A stretch of 64,000 nucleotides of DNA from IMG/VR virus record IMGVR_UViG_3300019458_000020, positions 1 to 64,000 of that record. The stretch is one strand, 5' to 3'. A program made the position numbers and the translations under genes. The notes below the pieces were generated by a model, which saw nothing but the letters and a program-made list of their open reading frames with translations, was not told where the DNA came from and ran no database searches. This document shows positions 46,783-54,898 of this stretch, piece after piece. How positions within the stretch are numbered: the first letter of the stretch is position 1; each line of letters starts with the position of its first letter.

Positions 46783-48339
46783 ATGAATAAAGAACCGATT
46801 ATTAAAAAATGTGAAGTCTGTGATAAGGATTATGAAATTCCACATCGAAAAAGGAGCAAAGCGTCTCAACGGAGATTTTGTTCTAAGTCATGTTCTAATA
46901 GAAGTCCCGATGTTTTAGAAAAAATACAACGTAACAAGTTACTTACATATAGGAAAAAATATGGCGTGGATCACCCAATGAAAACCAAAGAAGTTGTTTC
47001 TAATTTTAAGTCATCTATGAAGGAAAAATATGGGATAGAACATGCTTTACAGTCGTCGATTTTTTTACAAAAATCCAAAGATACTAAATTAGAAAAATAT
47101 AGTGATGAAAATTTTAATAATGTAGAAAAGATGAAAAAAACATGTTTGGATAAGTATGGTGTAGAAAATTATGTTTTAACAGATGAGTATAAGGAAAAAA
47201 CAAAACAGACTTGTTTAGAAAAATACAACGTAGAATTTCCTTCACAAGCAAATTCATATAAGGAAAAATACAAAAATACAATTTTTGATAGATTTTTATC
47301 ATCTGGAAGATTCGATAATTTTACTCCATTATTTGATATAAAAGAATACAACGGTGTTCTTAAAAATAAAAAATATGAATTTAAATGTGATAGATGTGAT
47401 CAGACAGTTTTGTGTAATTTAAATGATGGCAGGTTTCCATTTTGTTTCAAATGTGACAAAGATGACACTTCATACGGTCAAAAGGAAATATACGATTTCT
47501 TAAAAGAAGAATTGGGAAACGATGTAACAATTTTAACAAACGAACGAACTATTTTATATCCTAAAGAAATAGATATTTATATACCTTCATTAAAACTAGC
47601 CATCGAATTCAATGGAACATATTGGCATTGTGAATTAACAGGAAATAAAAATAAAACGTATCATCTTAATAAATCAAATAAATGTATATCTAAAGAAATT
47701 CGTTTACTTCATATTTTTGAATACCACTGGATAAAAAATAAAGAAATAGTGAAATCTATATTAAGAAATAAAATAAATGTTACAAAAAATAAAATATATG
47801 CTAGAAATTGTTTTATTAAATCCGTAGATATGCATGATTGTATCGAGTTTCTTGACAACAATCACATTCAGGGACGTGATAAAAGTAGTTTTAAATACGG
47901 ATTATACTATGATGATGAGTTAATATCCATTATGACTTTTTGTAAATCCAGATTTGATAAAAAATATGAATATGAAATGTCACGTTTTTGTAATAAATTA
48001 AATCTATCTGTGATTGGTGGATCATCCAAACTTTTTAGTTATTTTATTAACAACCAAAATCCAAAATCTATAGTGACATACTGTGATAGAAAATATTTTG
48101 ATGGTTCTGTTTATAGTAATTTAGGGTTCACCTTTGTAGGCCATACACCACCAAATTATTATTATGTTAATCAAGAACACACTGAATTATTTAATAGAAT
48201 GTCTTTTCAAAAACACAGACTCCAGAAAAAATTATTTTCCTTCGATAAAAATCTATCTGAGTGGCAAAATATGAAAAATAACGGATTTGATAGAATATGG
48301 GATTGTGGAAACTCTAAGTGGGTATGGAAGATAAATTAA
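46783..48339 (+). CDS. Hef-like homing endonuclease: Zn finger + KYG repeats + PD-(D/E)xK + GNAT-like C-terminal domain
   Basis: CEVC..FCSKSC; five KY(G/S/N) repeats; EIDIYIP...AIEFNGTYWH; FL..NHIQG, EMSRFC, TYCDR, IWDCG. Start moved to ATG 46783. Confidence 0.8.
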   Translation: MNKEPIIKKCEVCDKDYEIPHRKRSKASQRRFCSKSCSNRSPDVLEKIQRNKLLTYRKKYGVDHPMKTKEVVSNFKSSMKEKYGIEHALQSSIFLQKSKDTKLEKYSDENFNNVEKMKKTCLDKYGVENYVLTDEYKEKTKQTCLEKYNVEFPSQANSYKEKYKNTIFDRFLSSGRFDNFTPLFDIKEYNGVLKNKKYEFKCDRCDQTVLCNLNDGRFPFCFKCDKDDTSYGQKEIYDFLKEELGNDVTILTNERTILYPKEIDIYIPSLKLAIEFNGTYWHCELTGNKNKTYHLNKSNKCISKEIRLLHIFEYHWIKNKEIVKSILRNKINVTKNKIYARNCFIKSVDMHDCIEFLDNNHIQGRDKSSFKYGLYYDDELISIMTFCKSRFDKKYEYEMSRFCNKLNLSVIGGSSKLFSYFINNQNPKSIVTYCDRKYFDGSVYSNLGFTFVGHTPPNYYYVNQEHTELFNRMSFQKHRLQKKLFSFDKNLSEWQNMKNNGFDRIWDCGNSKWVWKIN

Positions 48340-50357
48340 ATCTTTTGGTCAATAAAGACCTCCAAGTGGTCAAGGGCATATCCTTTTGATAATCGGTTTG
48401 GATTCATTCCTTGAGATTTTGCATCCGTGGCCATCTTATGTAATTCCTTCTTGAACGCTTCCCTAAAGGTTGCCATATCGGTTTTAACCCACTCATTTTT
48501 TCTATCTAACACGTTTTCTTCCTTAACGTGACTTCCGAGATGATGCCAAATCGGTCCACTATAAGAGAATTTCTTTCGATAGTCGTTATTGTATAAGAAT
48601 GATGTATATTTTTCATCATAATCTATATCATCGTCATCATTGAATCCTTTATTTTTCCTTGAAAATGACCACGCACCGTTTGGTTTGTCTGTCATCGATA
48701 GATAGTCAGGGTGTTTGTTTGTTATTACATTTCCATTCTTGTCTCTGATGTAAGTAATTCTTTGTCTCTGACCCTTTCCTCGTTTCTTTGGGTCAACAAA
48801 TTCACTACCACCTAACAACAATTTTTCAATATACGGCCAGACAAAAGCGTAAATTCCCCTCTTCGATGGAGGTCCATGAAATGTGGTAGGCGGTCCTTTG
48901 TATCCTTTTTGTTTTGTTAAACTAAGACCACCAAAAGTAACAAACTCCATTTTTTTATCTTTAAATGGATTATGTTTTCCTTCAGCAACTTTTCTACCCC
49001 ACGTTATGTATGGGTCATGCATTCTAAATTTATCCATATCTGACATGTGCATTGACGAACGGTGTTTTACTATATTTTTACCTGTTTTTGTTTTAATCCA
49101 ATCTGACACTGAATCTTTTACATCGGAACTTGGATTTCCCCACCAAAAAATAAAATCAGAGTCTTCTCTCCATCTATCATCATTCCTATTATATCCTGGA
49201 ACCTGCTGATGCGTCATAGTTTCACTATCTGATGATATAGCTTTTACATGTAAATCATCATCAACTAGACCAATCCATATACGTGTTCCTTTTGATTCTT
49301 TGTAAAATGATTTTTTGTATTCTGGATGTTTTAAATCAAATGCAGCATCTTTTGGATGTGGAATTAAATACTCTTCCGGAGTATATTTTTTCTTTATGGT
49401 TTTTGAATATTTAGGGTTTTCTTCTCCTGATAAATTAAACTGAACGATGGTAGGGTCAAGGACTGTTCCATCTTTTAATTCTATCCAAGTATGTTGATGT
49501 CTTCCTTGTCTAATAATATAACCTTCTACAACCCAAAAATCTTTCATACCCCTTTTTATTGCCTCTTCTGAAAATACTTTAGTAAATTCCATACAAACAC
49601 CAGATTTATCACAGTGTAATTTATCAGAGACTTCTTTAGCTAAATCGGTGTAATTTTTTTTTAAATCTACTGATTCTTTTAATGTAACTTCTTTATCATA
49701 TAACTGATTAGTTGCATCTTTTAATCTCTTTAAGTCACCAAAATTACGAAGAGCTTTAAACACAATGTTTTCGTTACTAAATTCCCCCTCTTTATTAAGT
49801 CCAGATTCACGATAAGCGGTTATTGATTTCATTAATGATTTCAATTTATCAACATCTTCCGTCTCGATAAATTTTGTTATTTGATCTTTTAACTGATGAT
49901 ACTTCTTTTTAATTTTTTCTTTATCTAATTCTATGTTTTCTCTTTTTGGTTCCTGTATCCATTCATCATGTAAAATAGAATAGATTCCTATGGATCTATT
50001 TGTGTCAGCAATATCTTGAAGATACACTTCAACTTTATGACCTTTAATGTCAATATTTTGGTGTTGAGTATTCCACTTAAAACCAAAATTATCCATTATC
50101 TTTCTTAGGTATTCTGGATTTATTTTCTCCTTGGAAGCATCAACTAATATATGAAGGTCTATATCACTTGTTGGGGTCCAGTTATAATTTGCTGCCGAAC
50201 CTAAAAAGTAAATATCTTGAATACCACCTTTAAGGTCCGTGGAATCATAAAAGTCCTTGGAGATTTTTAATAATCGTTTGCGAATCTCCGGTTTGAGTTT
50301 CATATCCTCATTCCAAAGATTCGGGTCTAACGTTTTATTGTAAACCCTAAGTTTCAT
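48336..50357 (-). CDS. Multidomain protein: Pol-beta-type nucleotidyltransferase + papain/transglutaminase-like domain + two unknown domains
   Basis: GSAANYNW...SDIDLH...EVY.QD; GVC..F...VEG...HTWIE..DG...DPT..QF; junctions at LKE, YKE and VAE. Confidence 0.75.
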   Translation of the reverse strand: MKLRVYNKTLDPNLWNEDMKLKPEIRKRLLKISKDFYDSTDLKGGIQDIYFLGSAANYNWTPTSDIDLHILVDASKEKINPEYLRKIMDNFGFKWNTQHQNIDIKGHKVEVYLQDIADTNRSIGIYSILHDEWIQEPKRENIELDKEKIKKKYHQLKDQITKFIETEDVDKLKSLMKSITAYRESGLNKEGEFSNENIVFKALRNFGDLKRLKDATNQLYDKEVTLKESVDLKKNYTDLAKEVSDKLHCDKSGVCMEFTKVFSEEAIKRGMKDFWVVEGYIIRQGRHQHTWIELKDGTVLDPTIVQFNLSGEENPKYSKTIKKKYTPEEYLIPHPKDAAFDLKHPEYKKSFYKESKGTRIWIGLVDDDLHVKAISSDSETMTHQQVPGYNRNDDRWREDSDFIFWWGNPSSDVKDSVSDWIKTKTGKNIVKHRSSMHMSDMDKFRMHDPYITWGRKVAEGKHNPFKDKKMEFVTFGGLSLTKQKGYKGPPTTFHGPPSKRGIYAFVWPYIEKLLLGGSEFVDPKKRGKGQRQRITYIRDKNGNVITNKHPDYLSMTDKPNGAWSFSRKNKGFNDDDDIDYDEKYTSFLYNNDYRKKFSYSGPIWHHLGSHVKEENVLDRKNEWVKTDMATFREAFKKELHKMATDAKSQGMNPNRLSKGYALDHLEVFIDQKI

Positions 50358-50365
50358 TAACTTTA

Positions 50366-51310
50366 TTATTGAACACCTAAATAGCGTTCTGCATTAGCTA
50401 ATGACTCTTCATGACACGATGGGCAAAGAGTAGAAGATGTACCTGGATTTATTTTCTTTCCACATTTCATACATTTTCCGGTTTTTATAGCCAGTTTAAC
50501 CTTTTCTTGATGGTCATCTTTTTTATCTTCCTGAAGTTCATTATGCATTTTCAGTAATTCATCTGATAGTTTCTTAATCAATTCTAAATCTTGAATCACT
50601 GCTTGTTTACGATGAATACCTACCTGAGCAACACGATTTATATCTTTTATCAAATTAATTTCATGTTTTTCACTGTAACCATGTTCTTGTTCATGATCTT
50701 CGTTAATTATTTCACATAAAATACTAAGAATGTTTTCTTTTAATTTTGATGTAATTTCATCAGGCTTGCTACTAATACCATATTCTTTTCCCTTTGGCTG
50801 GGCACCCCAATAATGTAATTTTCCATGTTCTTCATTAACCGGAATGATATTAAGTTGTGGGTGTTTGGATTGAATTGCATCCATTTTTGTAGGATGTTGT
50901 GTAAATATCATTGCATCCTCTACTGATGGTTCATAACCTTTTTTAGTCAAATATTTACCATCTAATTTTCTTTGAACAATGTAATTCTCTCCACTTATTT
51001 CATTTTCCATTAAACCTAATTCTTTTTTACCATACATGGATGCGTATGCCGATTTTAGATCAACAGGAGAAGGTTTACCATCTATACGAAAATTTTTATT
51101 ATCTAATGGAACGTTATTTCTGACTTCAGGTTTCCCATCAGGCATTTGAACCGTAACGGTTGCTGTCTTTCCATCTTTACTGGGTTCGATGGTTAAAACC
51201 TTAAATGTTTTTGGTTGAAGACCTGTGGTCACGAGGGTTATCTTTGAATAGGTTTGTACACCCTTTGTATCCTTATCACCGCCACTTGTTATTTGAGATG
51301 TAGATATCAT
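50366..51310 (-). CDS. Hypothetical multidomain protein with C-terminal Zn ribbon
   Basis: LME, VNE, LKENILSILCEIINE and LQE sites; CMKC..CPSC. Confidence 0.65.
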   Translation of the reverse strand: MISTSQITSGGDKDTKGVQTYSKITLVTTGLQPKTFKVLTIEPSKDGKTATVTVQMPDGKPEVRNNVPLDNKNFRIDGKPSPVDLKSAYASMYGKKELGLMENEISGENYIVQRKLDGKYLTKKGYEPSVEDAMIFTQHPTKMDAIQSKHPQLNIIPVNEEHGKLHYWGAQPKGKEYGISSKPDEITSKLKENILSILCEIINEDHEQEHGYSEKHEINLIKDINRVAQVGIHRKQAVIQDLELIKKLSDELLKMHNELQEDKKDDHQEKVKLAIKTGKCMKCGKKINPGTSSTLCPSCHEESLANAERYLGVQ

Positions 51311-51810
51311 ACGTATTGACTTAAAATTTTTATTGTTTCTCGGGCAGACTTATGCAATATGCCGGTGCCACCCTTGTTATTCCATTCAGTAATAACGACC
51401 TCTGTATCATCTATAATTATATCTCCAGGCCTCGAATACTCTTGTTTTTTATGTTTGTTTGCAACTAAAATGATGTCCGATTCTCTGAGATTAGGTATAT
51501 TTTTTCTTAACCAACTATGTTTACCTCTATAAACCCCATTATTCCTTTCATTCTCCTTCCCCATAGCACTTAATATTTTAACAATCATGAAGTTAGAATA
51601 AATATAATTCCACATATCCTTGGAATAAGGCAACCATTCTAATTCCGAAAAAAACCTTTCTACCCCATGTTTTCGTATTTGAACCCATATAGGGTCATCA
51701 TCGTTAAAATAATAATTCATTCTTTTTCCGGTAGTTTTTTCTACACCGGAGTCGAAGTCTGCTAAGACTCCATCCATATCGACATAAATAATTTTATTAA
51801 CATCACTCAT
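51307..51810 (-). CDS. HAD-family 5'(3')-deoxyribonucleotidase-like protein
   Basis: YVDMDGVLADF, FF..L, ILSA, K..W, IIIDD, W...GG.GILH. Confidence 0.88.
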   Translation of the reverse strand: MSDVNKIIYVDMDGVLADFDSGVEKTTGKRMNYYFNDDDPIWVQIRKHGVERFFSELEWLPYSKDMWNYIYSNFMIVKILSAMGKENERNNGVYRGKHSWLRKNIPNLRESDIILVANKHKKQEYSRPGDIIIDDTEVVITEWNNKGGTGILHKSARETIKILSQYV

Positions 51811-51813
51811 GAG

Positions 51814-51821
51814 TATAAATA
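51814..51821 (-). promoter_or_regulatory. TATTTATA putative late promoter
   Basis: 3 nt upstream of ATG 51810. Confidence 0.5.
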
Positions 51822-51842
51822 TAAAGAAAGATATATAAGAAA

Positions 51843-51871
51843 TTGACGGAAGTTTTTTTGTTCTGTACTTT
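51843..51871 (+). promoter_or_regulatory. Sigma70-type promoter with no downstream sense ORF
   Basis: TTGACG-17 nt-TACTTT pointing into a GC-rich non-coding element. Confidence 0.5.
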
Positions 51872-51994
51872 AGAGCGTCGAGCGAAACAATGAGCGATAG
51901 CGAAGTGAAGCGACGGGCTCGATAGATACAATAAAGAAATAATTAGTACTGATCTTAAAAGATCAAGAATAAAGTACTTTAAAAGTACAGTACT
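51872..51994. other. Non-coding AGCG-repeat and palindrome element (candidate origin/primosome site or small RNA)
   Basis: Five AGCG in 39 nt; TCGAGC/GCTCGA and CGTCG/CGACG inverted pairs; TGATCTT-AA-AAGATCA; GTACTTT-A-AAAGTAC; three AGTACT. Confidence 0.45.
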
Positions 51995-52197
51995 CAGTAA
52001 GGATGTATCCTCACAGGATTTTTTAAAATCTTACTTCCGATTTGTCGAACAAATGATGGATACTCTTTAGAGTCAATTTCTGTCCATGCGTGGGATGCAC
52101 TCCAGGGTTGTCCGTAGTCATGCCCACTAGAAACATGCGACAGATTTTCGTCATCATATTCTACAAAAACCGGCGTTATATCAGATGATTTTTTCAT
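51994..52197 (-). CDS. Small hypothetical protein
   Basis: 67 aa; late motif upstream. Confidence 0.55.
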   Translation of the reverse strand: MKKSSDITPVFVEYDDENLSHVSSGHDYGQPWSASHAWTEIDSKEYPSFVRQIGSKILKNPVRIHPY

Positions 52198-52211
52198 AAA
52201 CTCTCATCTAA

Positions 52212-52219
52212 TATAAATA
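52212..52219 (-). promoter_or_regulatory. TATTTATA putative late promoter
   Basis: 14 nt upstream of ATG 52197. Confidence 0.55.
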
Positions 52220-52245
52220 TCAGGAAATAAAACCAATCGAAGAAC

Positions 52246-52869
52246 TTAATAGGTAAATTTCTTAAAAACAGAATACGGTTTATTCAAAGCTTTTAAGGCA
52301 ATTTCTACTTCTTTAAGACATTCATTTATTCCTCCACCTGTCAAAACAATATTGTTATATTGTTTCAAAAAATCCATCAAATCAGGAATATGAACACAGT
52401 CGGCCGCTGCCTGTAATAATGTATAAACTTCTTTCTTATCTATACGTCTATACTGTCTTAAATATTTTGCCCACATTTCTCTATCCATATCTCGTGAATC
52501 ACGAATGTTATTTTCATACATGAATCTTACAAAGTTAGCGACAGAATCTTCATCAATACTGTTATCCATACAATACCTAAAGAAAGCATAACCCTTATCG
52601 TAGAAAATTGAGGTATCTAAAACACTTTCGTCTAAAGCGTTGTCTAATAACCACGTCTTATAGTCTTGTTCGGACACCATTCCCATTGTGTCTTCTCCAT
52701 TATACAAGAAAATAATTTTGTAAGCTTCGTTATCTATACTGTTTAACCACTCACACCATTCGTGAGGTTTAAAAAATATTCCACCTTCATATTCTGGTTG
52801 AATATCAACATTCATTATAACTTTTCCCGAAAAAGATTCTTCTATTATAATGGATTTAAGAGAAGTCAT
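52246..52869 (-). CDS. Isochorismatase/nicotinamidase-like cysteine hydrolase fold protein with short leader
   Basis: IMNVDIQPEY and VLTGGGINECL; probable start MTSLKSIIIEE at 52869 (track start 52887). Confidence 0.55.
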   Translation of the reverse strand: MTSLKSIIIEESFSGKVIMNVDIQPEYEGGIFFKPHEWCEWLNSIDNEAYKIIFLYNGEDTMGMVSEQDYKTWLLDNALDESVLDTSIFYDKGYAFFRYCMDNSIDEDSVANFVRFMYENNIRDSRDMDREMWAKYLRQYRRIDKKEVYTLLQAAADCVHIPDLMDFLKQYNNIVLTGGGINECLKEVEIALKALNKPYSVFKKFTY

Positions 52870-53350
52870 TATAATTTTTTCCCTCATTATTTAAATCAAT
52901 GATTCTTTTTATTTCATTACCAGAATGTTGAATCAATGCTTTTAATCCAAAATGTAATGGATGTGGCCATTGTCCATATTCTACCCATTTATATTTGTCC
53001 GTTTCCCAATTTAAACGGGGGTCAAATTCGTCATCAACAATGGCCAAAAAATTATGATATTTAAATCCAGATTGTTTATCTTCATAAACATAAAGAGGAA
53101 TAAGTTTTTCAATGATTCCTCTATATCCTACTTCTTCAGTGGCTTCTCTTTTTACAGCCTTAGCAGGATTTTCACCTGAATCTATAGCGCCGCCCCACAC
53201 TCCCCAAGTCCCTGGTTGTAACACCATCATAGAACGGAGTGGTAACAATAACCTACCAGTGGTTTTCGCCATAAAAATACATCCAGCACCCTGTTTTCCC
53301 CAGAATCCGGTTCTTGATAAGGCACCACCATGTAGTTCGTCGTTACTCAT
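52856..53350 (-). CDS. Nudix hydrolase
   Basis: Nudix box GGAIDSGENPAKAVKREATEEVG. Confidence 0.92.
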   Translation of the reverse strand: MSNDELHGGALSRTGFWGKQGAGCIFMAKTTGRLLLPLRSMMVLQPGTWGVWGGAIDSGENPAKAVKREATEEVGYRGIIEKLIPLYVYEDKQSGFKYHNFLAIVDDEFDPRLNWETDKYKWVEYGQWPHPLHFGLKALIQHSGNEIKRIIDLNNEGKNYNDFS

Positions 53351-53352
53351 AA

Positions 53353-54732
53353 TTAAACATCTTCTATTTTTGTAACCCTATTCCAAGGTATTATATCACA
53401 GGAATAAATTTCATATCCTACACCAGAAGAATATAATTCCAATCCTTCGGTATTTATAGTTAAAATAACAAGAGGTTCATCCTCGTCAAATTTATCAGAA
53501 AGCCAGTTCATCAAGGCATCTTCAAGTGAAGCTCTATCATCAAAGAGATACACAGCTTTTGAACAAAATTTGGCAGGTCTATCGGGTTTAGGCAATATAC
53601 CATTAATTTTCATATTTGGTATATTCTTTTTTGGGGTTACATGATATACCACTTTAGGTTGAACAGTGATATTTTCTGCCACTAAATCTTTCCAACTACC
53701 AACCACATCTTGATCCCAATATAACACTTCAATTATATTTTTGTGTTTAAAAAATGGATGATTATAAATAAACTCTTCTGTCTTGGGATTATGATGTAGG
53801 GTGGATTCTTTTGTATCGTCTGTAACAAGAAGAGAAACATTATCACCCTCCACATACACCAACAAACAAACATAATTGTTATCTACCTTGTTTTTTAAGA
53901 ATTTCCTGACTTGATAATGATATGCTTTATCTCTATCCCAACCATAAGCATTGTTACCACTTAAAATTAATCCATATTGGTCATATTTAGTTATTTCTTT
54001 TATTTCTCTTGGTGTAGGATTTATAAAAACTTCTACATAATCCGACTTACCTGCTAAATTACTTTCAAATGAATCAAGAAATTTTTCTGATATGGTTCCA
54101 GTATTTACTATTCCCTTAGCCTGATAATCTCTTATGTCATCTAACGTAGATTCACCACCCTCAACGAACCAATGAGCCATAGAACCTAATCCATGAATAA
54201 AATTTAAAAGTTGGTCTATTTTTAAGAGTTGGCCTTCCGGAGTGTGTTCCAATTCCACAGATTTAGCCATTTTATATAATGTTCTACTTCTATCGCTGTA
54301 TCTTCCGTTCCCACCGGAACCAATTTCACCAAAATTTCTAACTAACTTAGAACCAGATTTATCTGAAATAAAAGTGAACCATCTTTCCCATTCTTCCTCG
54401 GTAATATCTTTATAATTCTCCTTTTCAAAGAAGCTATCTGCTAATACACCATCTTTTATATCACTGTTTATAAATAACTTAGATATCAAAACTCTTAAAA
54501 TATCCCATATCTTTTTTAAGGAAGATTCATCTACACGTCCATATTTTGCAAACTTCGCCCATATTAATTTTAAGTCTCTAGCAGGTACAAGTTTCCAAGA
54601 CTGATGTTTTTGACCAGAATGAAATTCAGACTTAACATCTTCTAAGATATCAATCCAATCATCATCGATAGTAGCATGTATTGATTCAACAATACATTTA
54701 TCTATTATCTTTTGAAGTTTTGATACTTTCAT
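53353..54732 (-). CDS. Multidomain protein with leader and C-terminal ADP-ribosyltransferase-fold (Tpt1/KptA-like) domain
   Basis: MKVSKLQKIIDKCIVE; junctions ISE and VAE; VYHVT...N.....NGILP...VYL...E...IP. Confidence 0.65.
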   Translation of the reverse strand: MKVSKLQKIIDKCIVESIHATIDDDWIDILEDVKSEFHSGQKHQSWKLVPARDLKLIWAKFAKYGRVDESSLKKIWDILRVLISKLFINSDIKDGVLADSFFEKENYKDITEEEWERWFTFISDKSGSKLVRNFGEIGSGGNGRYSDRSRTLYKMAKSVELEHTPEGQLLKIDQLLNFIHGLGSMAHWFVEGGESTLDDIRDYQAKGIVNTGTISEKFLDSFESNLAGKSDYVEVFINPTPREIKEITKYDQYGLILSGNNAYGWDRDKAYHYQVRKFLKNKVDNNYVCLLVYVEGDNVSLLVTDDTKESTLHHNPKTEEFIYNHPFFKHKNIIEVLYWDQDVVGSWKDLVAENITVQPKVVYHVTPKKNIPNMKINGILPKPDRPAKFCSKAVYLFDDRASLEDALMNWLSDKFDEDEPLVILTINTEGLELYSSGVGYEIYSCDIIPWNRVTKIEDV

Positions 54733-54737
54733 ACCTA

Positions 54738-54745
54738 AATAAATA
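54738..54745 (-). promoter_or_regulatory. TATTTATT putative late promoter
   Basis: 5 nt upstream of ATG 54732. Confidence 0.55.
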
Positions 54746-54780
54746 TCAATTTCTAAAACGTTTATTTACGAGAATTTGCC

Positions 54781-54816
54781 AGAAAGCCGCGGTCCTTTAG
54801 GGAGTGGAGTAAATCA
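54781..54816 (+). mobile_element. IS200/IS605-family end-like hairpin relic
   Basis: AGAAAGCCGCGGTCCTTTAGGGAGTGGAGTAAATCA resembles the GAAGCC-stem-CTTTAG-stem-GGAG..TCA subterminal palindrome; no tnpA/tnpB nearby. Confidence 0.4.
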
Positions 54817-54898
54817 GAATGCCAATAATCTCCGTGACATTCTATGATTTTATTTAATGAAGGTAAAATCCTCTTTTCTTTTGTGTCTAATTTAACTG

